64,000 nucleotides of DNA from Escherichia phage vB_EcoM_PTE-Eco09. A program made the translations under genes and the position numbers. A model generated the notes under the pieces. That model did not search any database, had not been told where the DNA came from, and saw nothing but the letters and a program-made list of their open reading frames with translations. The DNA is taken from the sequence record PQ306574.1; one strand, given 5' to 3'. Within the stretch, counting starts at the first letter, position 1, and each line of letters begins with the position of its first letter. Below are positions 10,856-21,165 of this stretch, one piece after another.

Positions 10856-11100
10856 TTTCTATTACCCCACATACCGAAAGTTGGATTATACACAAAATAG
10901 ATAGCTTCGTCGATAGTCTTGAATCGTTTAGTGTCATTCATGAAGTTGATACCCTCCCATAGTTCATCGGTGTAATCGGCTAGTGATGAATGAGTATGAT
11001 CGATGATCTCTCCGATCTTTTCACCGTTCGCGATCACATCCCAACCGCAAGGGGATACCTGAATTGCTTCACAATTATCTGTAAATTTACGACGTGCCAT
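10843..11100 (-). CDS. Hypothetical protein (cassette ORF 1, 85 aa)
   Basis: ATG with GGAGGA RBS; first gene after the cassette promoter; no recognisable motif. Confidence 0.5.
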   Translation of the reverse strand: MARRKFTDNCEAIQVSPCGWDVIANGEKIGEIIDHTHSSLADYTDELWEGINFMNDTKRFKTIDEAIYFVYNPTFGMWGNRKWHA

Positions 11101-11129
11101 AATTTATCCTCCGTTGTTTAGATGTGATC

Positions 11130-11158
11130 ATTATACCTTATCAGACAAGATTGTCAAC
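11130..11158 (-). promoter_or_regulatory. Sigma70-like early promoter driving the inserted cassette
   Basis: Minus strand GGTGTTGACA-N17-TATAAT, same context as the plus-strand early promoter modules at 26-61 kb. Confidence 0.6.
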
Positions 11159-11161
11159 ACC

Positions 11162-11194
11162 CAAAATAGAAAAGCCAACTCTCTCGAATTGGCT
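11162..11194 (-). terminator. Hairpin plus U-run after gp8 (minus strand)
   Basis: AGCCAA-N10-TTGGCT stem followed on the minus strand by TTTCTATTTT. Confidence 0.5.
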
Positions 11195-11208
11195 TTTAAA
11201 TCATACAC

Positions 11209-12204
11209 TTAGAACTCAAACAATACAGAAACAAGTTCTGTTTGATCTAATGACCGAACGATAGGTTGTCGGTTTTCCATGTAGATCATTTCGCCTGAGT
11301 GTGGCTCTAAGTCTTGCGGTCGGTACTTATCTTTGACCGCTTTAACGTCTGGATCGCTAGGGCGTGCTTTCTTTTCCAATGGGTTAAGGATAATGCTTAA
11401 CTGACGGAAACCAGTATTACCCACTAACGCGGTAGTTGGGAATTGCGCAGAGTCCATATAAGCCTGAAAACGCAAAGTTACTACTTTCAGCCGATAAAGC
11501 AGATTATAGTCATTATACCAGGTGGTCACATTGTCATAACCCCAACGCGCCGGATCTTGTCGCAGTTCATCGGGGAACGGTACAACAATATGTTCATTGG
11601 TGCAACGGTTGATCGCCGCATCAGGTGGAATTGTGTACAGATATTCCCAACGATATCCATCACCCATATCAATAGAATCGCCCTTTCCTACAGGTGGCGC
11701 AATTGATTCATGGGTAGGTGTCCACTTTCCGCCCAGCTTCAAACACTCTACTTTAGCGTCAATGCTTGAAATAGAGCAGTAACCGCGATCAGGAACATCG
11801 GTTACACGGTAAACCATCCAGCCGCTACCAACATCTGTACGGTTATATGGTGCTGAGTTTACGACAACAATGTCATTGATAAAGAACGTGCGCGGGTTAT
11901 CCTGTCCGGTATCACCCCAATCTTTACGAGGGATAACCGCATCAAGAAGTGATTTGTTAATCTTAACCGCCCCCATCATATGGGTCCACATGTCAACAAC
12001 ACCAGCCGTTGAATCGGTCGGATAAGGTGGGGCAAAGCCCACCTCTTTTTCGTTTTCTGACCACGGCTCCGAACGTCCAAACGTTCCATAAATTGTAATT
12101 TGATTTGCTCCATCGCCTACAGAATTATAGAAGTTCAGAAGTTTTTCTGTTCTGAATTTGCTAGTAATGATTGAGCGATAGATCACACTATTTTCATTAG
12201 CCAT
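11209..12204 (-). CDS. 8: Baseplate wedge protein (T4 gp8-like)
   Basis: 331 aa; ENSVIYRSIITSKFRTEKLLNFYNS and GFAPPYPTDS resemble T4 gp8 DSSVIYRAIVTSKFRTEKMLNFYNS. Confidence 0.9.
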   Translation of the reverse strand: MANENSVIYRSIITSKFRTEKLLNFYNSVGDGANQITIYGTFGRSEPWSENEKEVGFAPPYPTDSTAGVVDMWTHMMGAVKINKSLLDAVIPRKDWGDTGQDNPRTFFINDIVVVNSAPYNRTDVGSGWMVYRVTDVPDRGYCSISSIDAKVECLKLGGKWTPTHESIAPPVGKGDSIDMGDGYRWEYLYTIPPDAAINRCTNEHIVVPFPDELRQDPARWGYDNVTTWYNDYNLLYRLKVVTLRFQAYMDSAQFPTTALVGNTGFRQLSIILNPLEKKARPSDPDVKAVKDKYRPQDLEPHSGEMIYMENRQPIVRSLDQTELVSVLFEF

Positions 12205-15200
12205 TAATTTTCCTCTGTGTCGGATTCTTCGGATCGCGTGGATTCCCTATATTATCCTTCAACCGTTTATCTACAAGTTCACGGAACATAGAGAATGTTA
12301 CCGCCGACTGGTCAAACAGTGGACTCATTGCAAATCTTCGTTCGCTTGCTTTAAGTCCGTGGAACAATTCGCTGTTCTCCTGATCATATTCAGGAGGAAC
12401 CGGAAATTCTTCACCAATTAAAGGTGAAGTCAAATATAATGCTTTTCCGGTAAGCGGGTCTTTCTTAATGTTTCCGTCAACGTCAAGGTCTGCCACCCGA
12501 TCAGGATACACGCTAGGCAATCCGCTGTCAAACTTATAATTTTTCAGAGATTGAATTATAGTCTCGGTGTGCTTCATGCTTAACCCGCTGTTAATGAACA
12601 TTGTAAGCAGGGTAACACCGATAAACCCAAAGCCGACAGGATGAACGAATCGCATTACATCATTTGCATAGCGCGAAACTGGCAATGCACTTTTAATCTT
12701 CATGGTGTATTGGCTTCGTGAGCGGTTGATATAGTCGATTGAACTACTCAACAACTCTTTACCACGTACACCAACAAGGATCATCCCTTCAAACGCTGTT
12801 TTCTCTGATTTGATCACTTGACCTTCTTCGAACCGCCCGATCAGGTTATGAATGGTTACTCGCCAGCGTAGGCGACCACCTTCATATTCCCTTTCAAGAT
12901 ACGTCACGTTAGCCCGTCCGGTTGGAGTATAAATCGTGCGACCTACGATATCCTCGTCAATGTTCGTTGAACTAACAACAATATCATACTCTAGTCCGGC
13001 TTGTGATTCAACCTCAATTTCCACATCTTCATTATAAAGTAACTTAAACAAGAACTTATAAGAAGCCTCCACGCCCTTAGTGGAATAAAAATCTGATTTG
13101 CGGGATTCAAAGAATCTTACTACCGCATCTCGCTTGTTTTTATCTGCATAGATGTTTCGTTTGTTCATCTCTGACCAAAGATACTCATATGCATCTTTCT
13201 CGCGTGGATATTTGTTTTTAATCAGATTTTTTAGTTTATTATAATATGTTCCTGAACCATCGCTTAAGAATTGCAGATAATATTCAGAGAATTTTCTGAA
13301 ATTTTCGTTCTCAAGTAAAAAGCTATCAGGGGTCATCTTATTCAGTAAAGGCCGCAAATCTGGATCTTGCTCTCGATCGTAGTGAACCGGAACCCAGGGA
13401 ACCTCTCGAACCTGATTTTGCAATTCAGCAACAAATGCTACATTTGTAGGTTTCCAATATACACCAACCTGATCACGAACACGATAATTAAATTGATAGA
13501 ATCCTATGATCTCTCCTGTGTTTTTATGGAACATTACACCGGATGCATATTGTTTGAATCCTTCAAATTTAACATTGTTAAGATAACAGGTCACGGTCCC
13601 TTTATCATAAACTTCTCGGTTGACCCTATTTTGGTCAAGAATGCCAGACGTATCAACTTCTTGAGTATAGATAACCTCTGGATAAACAACCAACGGGCGA
13701 TTATCATTTGTGATCCACACACGGACACCGTTTCGACGCATCCATGTATAATCAGCCTCGTTATAATACGCTTGCGGTCCTAACTCCCAAATACGCAAAT
13801 CATCATAACTTGCTCTGAAAGTAGTTTGATGTATTTTCTTATCAGTTAGATAAGTTGGCTCCTGAGAATATTTTACAGCTTCGCCCAATTCATATTTCTC
13901 GGCAGTTTCTGGATCAGGTAAAATGCTTTCGAAGTGATGATTATAATGGCTTATGAACACCTCATCACCATTGGTTGACATATTACTGAACCCATGCTGA
14001 ATGTATTCCCTTTCCTGCGGAGTGTTGCCAAATACTCTCTGAAAAGACAGACCATCACTCCCTATTAAGTATACACCCGCATCATCTGACGGAACAACGT
14101 TTTCTGGTTTAGTTGGATCTTGATAACGCTGTTTAACTTCACCCGTAACAAATACAAGCAATTTACCGTCGATCACATCCATTTTCTGAATGACAGCTTT
14201 ATCATTTCCTGTTACTCGGATAACATCAGGATCGAATATTTTTTCTCCAAACGTAGGCGAACCCTGTACGGTATCAACAGGAGTATTCTTAAGACGAATC
14301 CGGCGAATAACATCTTTAGCACCAACCCACAAATAGTCATCACTACACGCCATAGCTTCGGCGTATTTTGTGGTATCACCTGTTAATCTGGAAAATACAC
14401 CAAAGACCTCAACGTCAAAGCCTAAATCGTTTTCGTCACCGACCTTTGCAAAAGTGATCGTATCATCACTAAATCGAACATCGTCCGCGCTCCATCGAGT
14501 ATCGCTCGCTTGTCGTCCGTAAAAGATTCGGTCATATCCTAAAACGTAAGTAGTGGTTTTAGACTGATAAACGCATGTACGGGAAACCGGATTGCCTACA
14601 CGGTCATTAAAAGCCTTGTATGCTTTCCATGATTGACCTTTATCATTTGACACTTTCACGATCGGCTGGAACCGTTCGAAAAGGTACAAAACACCGTTCA
14701 TTTCCGCTAACATAGTGCGGTTTATATCAGTACAAACTTTTTCTATATGATCCTGTATTTCATGAAAGTTCTCATCAACTACAATGTAGTTTGAGATATT
14801 TGTCATGTTTGCATATTCAGGACTAAAGACAAAATCTTCCTTCATCAATGATGCTTGAATAAGGTCGGTATTAAACTTGACATACTCTCGATTATCGTAT
14901 GTAAATTTTTCCTTTATAAACTCGTTTGCAAGGTTGAACTCTCGCATCATAGAAAAATTATATGCGTTTGTTTTAAATGTCTGAAACTCTTCTGTCTCAA
15001 CCCATTTACTTTGTTCAAATCCTTCTGCGGCTACTGCTACACGAAACTTGTAATAATATTCTGGAAAAAGGTTTTTATCCTCAAACCAGTTTTGTTCGGC
15101 AGTATATCCCAGGTTTACCCAGCTTAACTCATCGACGGGGATGATCTCCCCGTCTCGTGTTCTGGTTTCGGCTAACTCCACAAAATAAAAGAAGTTTTCG

Positions 15201-15283
15201 CCTACGTCATCCCATGTGATATACGCCTGATTAGCAGACAATTTTTCTATTGTCAAGCTAGTTACACTAGGCGCTTTAATCAT
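12197..15283 (-). CDS. 7: Baseplate wedge initiator (T4 gp7-like)
   Basis: 1028 aa (T4 gp7 1032 aa); synteny between gp6 and gp8. Confidence 0.85.
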   Translation of the reverse strand: MIKAPSVTSLTIEKLSANQAYITWDDVGENFFYFVELAETRTRDGEIIPVDELSWVNLGYTAEQNWFEDKNLFPEYYYKFRVAVAAEGFEQSKWVETEEFQTFKTNAYNFSMMREFNLANEFIKEKFTYDNREYVKFNTDLIQASLMKEDFVFSPEYANMTNISNYIVVDENFHEIQDHIEKVCTDINRTMLAEMNGVLYLFERFQPIVKVSNDKGQSWKAYKAFNDRVGNPVSRTCVYQSKTTTYVLGYDRIFYGRQASDTRWSADDVRFSDDTITFAKVGDENDLGFDVEVFGVFSRLTGDTTKYAEAMACSDDYLWVGAKDVIRRIRLKNTPVDTVQGSPTFGEKIFDPDVIRVTGNDKAVIQKMDVIDGKLLVFVTGEVKQRYQDPTKPENVVPSDDAGVYLIGSDGLSFQRVFGNTPQEREYIQHGFSNMSTNGDEVFISHYNHHFESILPDPETAEKYELGEAVKYSQEPTYLTDKKIHQTTFRASYDDLRIWELGPQAYYNEADYTWMRRNGVRVWITNDNRPLVVYPEVIYTQEVDTSGILDQNRVNREVYDKGTVTCYLNNVKFEGFKQYASGVMFHKNTGEIIGFYQFNYRVRDQVGVYWKPTNVAFVAELQNQVREVPWVPVHYDREQDPDLRPLLNKMTPDSFLLENENFRKFSEYYLQFLSDGSGTYYNKLKNLIKNKYPREKDAYEYLWSEMNKRNIYADKNKRDAVVRFFESRKSDFYSTKGVEASYKFLFKLLYNEDVEIEVESQAGLEYDIVVSSTNIDEDIVGRTIYTPTGRANVTYLEREYEGGRLRWRVTIHNLIGRFEEGQVIKSEKTAFEGMILVGVRGKELLSSSIDYINRSRSQYTMKIKSALPVSRYANDVMRFVHPVGFGFIGVTLLTMFINSGLSMKHTETIIQSLKNYKFDSGLPSVYPDRVADLDVDGNIKKDPLTGKALYLTSPLIGEEFPVPPEYDQENSELFHGLKASERRFAMSPLFDQSAVTFSMFRELVDKRLKDNIGNPRDPKNPTQRKING

Positions 15284-17184
15284 TGAGCAATTGCCTCCAG
15301 ACTAATAGTTGTGTACTGAGGACGGAGATCGTTTTCAAACACGATCAAAGAACCGTCTTTAGTAAAGATGTTATCAGCAATCGGTTTAGCTGTCAACTCA
15401 ATATATGAACCAGTAAAGCGATCGCTATTGATATTCAGTTTACCCAGATCCCATGAAATAAGGTCGTCATAATGCTGAACCTCTCCAACCTCAAAGTATA
15501 GGTCCGCCCCGTCAATAACCTCTTTATCAAAATCAGTGCCGGAATAGTGCGGTAAAGCGATTGTAGAATCAACAGGGAAAGGTCCAACCAGCAATTTAGC
15601 TAAACCGGATTCTTTGTTCATTTCTGTACTTACATAATGGATTGGATATTGCTTGTCGTCCTTTTCGAAGTTGAATGAACTAGACTTGATTCCGCTCTTA
15701 TACTGGTTTAAAAACTTGATTCCAGCCATCGGTGCTTTATAGAAGTTGTCGATCTCTCGCACCATCTCGATTTCTGCACTAGAACCTATCACTGATACAT
15801 CAGCTTTGTCAATACGCGCAAGCATTTTAGACTTACTAAAGGTCTGGTTAAAAATTTCCACTTCGTCGGTATAATATGCATCAATCTGATCAATAACCGC
15901 ACCGCGCAACCACTGCTCTGATTCTGACAAGTCGTTGATTGAATAGGAAACTTTAATATTCTGTTTAATATACAGATAGTTAGGGTCAATGATGCTCGGC
16001 GTGATAGGGGCAAGGTTATATTTTGCCAGATAATCCCGCATATCTTCTTTTTGAACGGTTGTCAAGCGCAAGCCAGATTTAGGCTTAACAGCAACAAAAG
16101 CATAACCCGGTTTTTCTCGGTCGGTGAAACATTGTACCGCCTGAACAATACTACCAAAACGGCTAGACACAAAAGCCTCATAGTCGGAAGCAGTCACACA
16201 ACGACGCTGAGATTCACGCATTACCGGAGCAAGTTCACGGATACGTTCGATTGATTCAGGATCACCACCACCATCTGCACCGACATAATCACGATCATTT
16301 GTCGGATTCTCAATAATTTTAACAATAGAGATAGATGCCAATGTATCCGCGTATGTGAAATTGACAGATCCGTTAGCTTCCGCGCCTTTAGTGCTGATAT
16401 ATTCGATAACAATATTAGCACCAGTTGACGGCTTAAGTCCACCAATATAATTTGCTTCCAGTGCACCGCCAGCAGCAGATAAAGTTGATTCACCTTCACC
16501 AAAGAAGATTTCTGTATGACCGTCTACGGTTTCACGCATATAGAAAATATTACTAGCGCCAGTTGCATTAACAATGCTTTCTCGCGTCCAGTCTTTCCAT
16601 TCAGCACCGTCTACCCACAATTTAACCTGAGCGCGGTCAATATCAGGATCGCGGATCAGAATTTGTTTCTTCGGATCAAATAACATTTCTGTACGAACAA
16701 TACGACCTTGTGCGACTTTAAGCATAGGCGTATATAAACCATTTGAACCTAAAACACTCACAACGTCTTCTGTAGTCACAAACGGATAAGACGTCTGGCG
16801 ATCCACACTTGCAATAAATTTAGTTCCTCGTGGGATTCGAATACTTGCCGGATTTCGCGGATGTGTTACGTGCAACATAATTGTAGTCGATGCACTAGTT
16901 TTACTTGCTGGCAAATATCCTAAATCTTGCGCGGCTTGAACAACTGAACTACGCTTAATTGCCGTTCTGATAAAAGATTCATATAGCGCGGCGTTAGCGA
17001 ATTGCTGAATATAAAGGGTATTATATGCGAGCAAGTCCATCAATACGTTAATACCAGCACCATTAAAATCAAAATCTTTAAATTCTTCCTGGTTTCTCAT
17101 CCAGTCTGTTAATGCGCTTTTAATTTCATCAAACGTAGCAGCATTAAAAATATCAGGAATTTGTGTAATCTTTTGCTTTGTCAT
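15280..17184 (-). CDS. 6: Baseplate wedge protein (T4 gp6-like)
   Basis: 634 aa (T4 gp6 660 aa); synteny. Confidence 0.85.
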   Translation of the reverse strand: MTKQKITQIPDIFNAATFDEIKSALTDWMRNQEEFKDFDFNGAGINVLMDLLAYNTLYIQQFANAALYESFIRTAIKRSSVVQAAQDLGYLPASKTSASTTIMLHVTHPRNPASIRIPRGTKFIASVDRQTSYPFVTTEDVVSVLGSNGLYTPMLKVAQGRIVRTEMLFDPKKQILIRDPDIDRAQVKLWVDGAEWKDWTRESIVNATGASNIFYMRETVDGHTEIFFGEGESTLSAAGGALEANYIGGLKPSTGANIVIEYISTKGAEANGSVNFTYADTLASISIVKIIENPTNDRDYVGADGGGDPESIERIRELAPVMRESQRRCVTASDYEAFVSSRFGSIVQAVQCFTDREKPGYAFVAVKPKSGLRLTTVQKEDMRDYLAKYNLAPITPSIIDPNYLYIKQNIKVSYSINDLSESEQWLRGAVIDQIDAYYTDEVEIFNQTFSKSKMLARIDKADVSVIGSSAEIEMVREIDNFYKAPMAGIKFLNQYKSGIKSSSFNFEKDDKQYPIHYVSTEMNKESGLAKLLVGPFPVDSTIALPHYSGTDFDKEVIDGADLYFEVGEVQHYDDLISWDLGKLNINSDRFTGSYIELTAKPIADNIFTKDGSLIVFENDLRPQYTTISLEAIAQ

Positions 17185-17474
17185 TTTATGAATACCTTCG
17201 GTGATGCCATAGCGACGGTATCGCCACAGCTAATACGATCTGCCATTTGAATTGCTTTCTTTCCGGTAACAAATACTTTCGGGGTACTGGCGACCGTAGT
17301 TCCCCCGTGTGTATCATAAGGCTTTGTTGTTTTTGTATGTGGTGTAATTGGGTCTCCTTCGACTAATACAGGGATACCCTCAACAAATACCTTAGATTGA
17401 GTTGCATTAATTACCGTAGGTGGGTAGTTTCCGTGCCCTGTAGTTTTAGCTTTATCGTAGGATAATCCAGCCAT
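17181..17474 (-). CDS. 5.4: PAAR-repeat baseplate spike tip protein (T4 gp5.4-like)
   Basis: 97 aa, the same length as T4 gp5.4; lies between gp5 and gp6. Confidence 0.75.
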   Translation of the reverse strand: MAGLSYDKAKTTGHGNYPPTVINATQSKVFVEGIPVLVEGDPITPHTKTTKPYDTHGGTTVASTPKVFVTGKKAIQMADRISCGDTVAMASPKVFIK

Positions 17475-18040
17475 TAAACACCCCTATGTACATAATCTCT
17501 TAACTGTTTACTCCACACATCCCAATTTCCAAAAACGGTTTGAGTATAAACTTTCTCTATTGTGTGTTCTGTTACTACCGGAGGCGGATTAGTTTCACCA
17601 GCACCCTCTCGGCTATTGGAACCACCACTATTTCCTTCACCAGAACCGCCAGAAGACTCTGAAACAGATTGGATATAGGTTAGGGTTACTTTATAAGTAT
17701 AAACCTCCTGTAGACGTGTAGGAGCGTTAAAATAATATAGATCTGCGGTAGTTGGATCTGGTAAATCATCAAAACTTCCGGCAGATTTTTTAATTCTATC
17801 TTTCGTTATATATTTAAGAGAATCCGCGCCAAGCGAAAAACTATCCCGATACTCACCAGATATTTTAGTTTCTTCAACGGTAACGCCCTTATTAGGGCGA
17901 TACTCGCTGATCTTAAACTCTTTAATCGTGTATGTGGTATTTGCATCCGGTGGCGTTGCTTTATAAGAGAACACCACCTCAAAGATTTCTCGCTCGCTGA
18001 TATCCTCCAATTTTGAACTCATCGGAAGAATTTCAACCAT
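17474..18040 (-). CDS. Hypothetical protein in the gp5.1 position
   Basis: 188-aa ORF, ATG start, Gly/Ser-rich C-terminal segment; positional analog of T4 5.1. Confidence 0.5.
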   Translation of the reverse strand: MVEILPMSSKLEDISEREIFEVVFSYKATPPDANTTYTIKEFKISEYRPNKGVTVEETKISGEYRDSFSLGADSLKYITKDRIKKSAGSFDDLPDPTTADLYYFNAPTRLQEVYTYKVTLTYIQSVSESSGGSGEGNSGGSNSREGAGETNPPPVVTEHTIEKVYTQTVFGNWDVWSKQLRDYVHRGV

Positions 18041-18048
18041 TAGTTACC

Positions 18049-19848
18049 TCACCCAAGATCAATACGGCTACCATCAATTTTAACTGTACCAGATGCAATA
18101 TCTTTAACGCTTGCACCACAATTACGGGACCAGTCACCATTAACCTGATCTGATTTAGTGCCATTGACTGTCATATTAAAATTACCCTCAACGGTTAAAT
18201 CATAGTTACCTTTAATTGTTTCGGTAGTGTTACCATCGATCATTAATTCAGCATTACCCTTGACGTTAGCCGTCAAATTAGCGTCAAGCTGTGCGATAAC
18301 ATCACCAACAACATGCATGTTAGCAGCACCTTCAACGGTCTGATTAACATTGCCACGAATAAATTCAGTGACGTTACCATCAACGGTTTGCATCACATTA
18401 CCCATATAATAAACTTGCGCGTCACCTTCAACAACAACTTGCAAATTACCCTTGACGTTTACTTTCCGGCCTTGTTTAACGATCAGATAATCATCACCTT
18501 CAATCTTTTCTACCCTCGTTCCGTCCGGTCTGGTTTCTTCAAATGTACCAGAAGGATGTTTACGATGATATCGCTCATGAGAAGGAGTATCATCAATCTC
18601 GATAATATGACCGCTCTCTGACTCGTACACATGGTTATATGGATACCTTGCAGAATACGAACTCTTAGGCTCTTTAAACATGATTCGTGTGTCTTGTGGG
18701 GTAAACGGTGCTTCTGGGTCTTCTTCTGCTCTCTGCGTCTTATAGGCAGCAATACGGGCATTTCTCAAACGTGCTCGCGGATCATCCGAAATTGATTCCT
18801 CTTTCTTTGGAGCAATTACGCCATATGATTCTAAGTTACCAGTTAAAATAATTTTAGAAACACGGCTGGAGCGTCCTGGAGTTTGGTTAGCCCATACCGA
18901 TTGACGTAATCCATCATAGGCTTGTTTCCATTCTTCCGCTAACATCGCAGCAAGACTATTCTTAAATTTACCCAATCCTCCAACACCCATTTGAAACGCC
19001 ATATTTTCTAATGCCATACGACGTGAGGCATTACATTTATTATAGACAGGTGCAATTCGTGGATGTTTGCGCATATCACGACGAGTCTTTTCTATATCGT
19101 CGGCAAATACTTTACTAACTTCTTCGGCGGTAAGTCTTCCGTTTGTAACTTCACGCCCTACCAGCTTAGAAAGTTCATTATTGATAATACCAAGATCACT
19201 GGTTTTCTTATAAATGATCAAATGCCCGATGCCTATTGTCGGATATCCTTCTGAATCAAGATACCATTTCTCGCGATATCCCTCATCGCCCCGCAGCATT
19301 TTTTCTATTGTAAAATCAGGATTATCATCAACCGGAATTTGGTCTAATGGCTCGTCGTCTGGATTTACTGCAACTCCAGTGTTTTCATCTCTAATATAGA
19401 CACTATCAGGTTTTGTTGTTTGTCCGGTTTCTGGGTTAATACCGCCACGAGCAAGAATATTAACATCATTACCAATATAACGAGGATATGCACCAGAAGG
19501 GTCACAAAAACCCTCTGTAGTGAGTGGTTTCTCTGTATATTGTCCGGCAATAGTACCCAGAATAACGCAGTTTAAATAACGTTCATCTAAAGCCAAACCA
19601 AATACCATTGAACCTTCAACAATACCAGTAGGGCTTTGACCTATACCGGAGATCGCCGCGCTTGTAATATCTTGTACTGGCGTAATCCATAATAGATCTT
19701 CGGTTGGAAGACCTTGAATGTCACCGTGTGCGGATAGCGAGGGATGTATACCATGAATCCTAACCTGAACACGCCCCAGCATTAATGGGTCTTCCCTGTT
19801 TTCTACAATTCCGGTAAACCATTTAACGGAGTTATTAAACATTAGCAT
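18049..19848 (-). CDS. 5: Baseplate central spike with lysozyme domain (T4 gp5-like)
   Basis: 599 aa; central lysozyme-like segment (DSEGYPTIGIGHLI) and C-terminal beta-helix repeats (VxGN..). Confidence 0.9.
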   Translation of the reverse strand: MLMFNNSVKWFTGIVENREDPLMLGRVQVRIHGIHPSLSAHGDIQGLPTEDLLWITPVQDITSAAISGIGQSPTGIVEGSMVFGLALDERYLNCVILGTIAGQYTEKPLTTEGFCDPSGAYPRYIGNDVNILARGGINPETGQTTKPDSVYIRDENTGVAVNPDDEPLDQIPVDDNPDFTIEKMLRGDEGYREKWYLDSEGYPTIGIGHLIIYKKTSDLGIINNELSKLVGREVTNGRLTAEEVSKVFADDIEKTRRDMRKHPRIAPVYNKCNASRRMALENMAFQMGVGGLGKFKNSLAAMLAEEWKQAYDGLRQSVWANQTPGRSSRVSKIILTGNLESYGVIAPKKEESISDDPRARLRNARIAAYKTQRAEEDPEAPFTPQDTRIMFKEPKSSYSARYPYNHVYESESGHIIEIDDTPSHERYHRKHPSGTFEETRPDGTRVEKIEGDDYLIVKQGRKVNVKGNLQVVVEGDAQVYYMGNVMQTVDGNVTEFIRGNVNQTVEGAANMHVVGDVIAQLDANLTANVKGNAELMIDGNTTETIKGNYDLTVEGNFNMTVNGTKSDQVNGDWSRNCGASVKDIASGTVKIDGSRIDLG

Positions 19849-19859
19849 AATTAATCACC

Positions 19860-20414
19860 TTACACATCAGCCTTTTCCATTTCTCGAATGAATGCGTTAA
19901 TAAATTGTTTAATTTGTGTAGGATCTATGATCTTGATCTTGCGTCGTTCCTCATTACGGAGGATCGCATCTTCCAGTGTGTCTACTGCCGATAGTGCACC
20001 TTGAAACTGCAAATGACGATGATGAATATCCCCTTTATCATACCAATTGCTTGATCCTTTCGGATATTCGGTAAGATTCCAATACTTGTTTCCGTCAATA
20101 TCAACGTGGTATAATACTTGATTTCCTCCTACATTTGCATATCGCTGTTCGGCTGATTCATATGCTGTCTCTTGATCGGTGATCCAGTCATGGAATGGAT
20201 CGTATACGTCATTAATCATCAGCAAGATCCAGTAAAGTTGTTGGTTTCCGTATACTTCATATGCAACTTGTTCCGGTCGTGGACTACCTTGAATGTAATA
20301 TGTTTGTATGTTATAATCAGAAATTATTGCGTTGAAATATGCGCGGTAATTGCGCACAATGTCAGTAATCATCTTGCCGTTGTATTCAATGGCAGGGAAG
20401 AAAGAAAAGAGCAT
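19860..20414 (-). CDS. 53: Baseplate wedge protein (T4 gp53-like)
   Basis: 184 aa; YYIQGSPRPE..NQQLYWILLMINDVYDP resembles T4 gp53 YYIKGSPRPE..NPQLYWVLLMCNDNYDP. Confidence 0.85.
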   Translation of the reverse strand: MLFSFFPAIEYNGKMITDIVRNYRAYFNAIISDYNIQTYYIQGSPRPEQVAYEVYGNQQLYWILLMINDVYDPFHDWITDQETAYESAEQRYANVGGNQVLYHVDIDGNKYWNLTEYPKGSSNWYDKGDIHHRHLQFQGALSAVDTLEDAILRNEERRKIKIIDPTQIKQFINAFIREMEKADV

Positions 20415-20446
20415 TTTAGCACCCTCAATTGATAAATAGTATTATG

Positions 20447-20454
20447 TATTTATA
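20447..20454 (-). promoter_or_regulatory. T4-type late promoter motif TATAAATA upstream of gp53
   Basis: Plus strand TATTTATA about 33 nt upstream of the gp53 ATG, inside the inverted repeat GCACCCT..AGGGTGC (20419-20465). Confidence 0.55.
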
Positions 20455-20469
20455 ATAAAGGGTGCTAAA

Positions 20470-21165
20470 ATGGACTATCAAAAACAATATGAACGATTAA
20501 TTGAACGCGCAAAGCATAGAACGCTTGAAGGATATAAAGAAAAACATCATATTATTCCTCGTTGTATGGGAGGCGATGATAGTCCAGAAAATATAGTTGA
20601 GTTAACGGGGTCTGAACATTTTGTTGCTCATCAACTTTTAGCAAAAATGCATCCAACACATCACGGAATTGTACATGCGGCGAAAATATTGATGGGGTCT
20701 ACCAACTATAACAATAAACAATTTGAGTGGGTAAGAAAACTTGCGGTTGAGACTTCAAGAAAATTTCATACAGGAAGAAAAAGATCCGAAGAGACTAGAC
20801 GCAGAATATCAGAAGCAACTAAAGGAAAGAGAAAAGGAATTAAATTATCTGAGGAACATCGACAGAAATTATCTGCTTCATTAAAAGGTAGAGTGTTTAC
20901 AGAAGAACATAAAAGAAATATTGCGTCAAGAGAAATTACACAAGAATGGAGAGACAACATCTCTAAAGCGGGTAAGGGTAGAAAGTTGTCACAAGAAAAC
21001 GTAGAGAAATGGAAACGTATTCATAACACGCCAGAAATGAAACAAAAATATAGTGAATTGTCAAAGTCTCGTCCGTATTTCACCTGTCCTCATTGTGGAA
21101 AAACAGCCAATCAGGGAAATTATGTTAGATGGCATGGTGACAACTGCAAGAAGAAGGTGGTATAA
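20470..21165 (+). CDS. HNH homing endonuclease with NUMOD3-like repeats
   Basis: HHIIPRCMGG..N..EL..EH HNH motif, then repeated basic S/T-E-E-x-R-x-K motifs (GRKRSEETRRRISEATKG, KLSEEHRQKLSASLKG); inserted upstream of gp4. Confidence 0.8.
   Translation: MDYQKQYERLIERAKHRTLEGYKEKHHIIPRCMGGDDSPENIVELTGSEHFVAHQLLAKMHPTHHGIVHAAKILMGSTNYNNKQFEWVRKLAVETSRKFHTGRKRSEETRRRISEATKGKRKGIKLSEEHRQKLSASLKGRVFTEEHKRNIASREITQEWRDNISKAGKGRKLSQENVEKWKRIHNTPEMKQKYSELSKSRPYFTCPHCGKTANQGNYVRWHGDNCKKKVV

Noticed and set aside
13367-13783. Plus-strand ORFs inside the minus-strand late genes (13367..13783, 7273..7596, 4473..4739, 18313..18621, 14855..15127)
   Set aside because: Embedded in gp7, gp10, wac and gp5 coding sequence on the opposite strand; AT-rich low-complexity translations; no start signals
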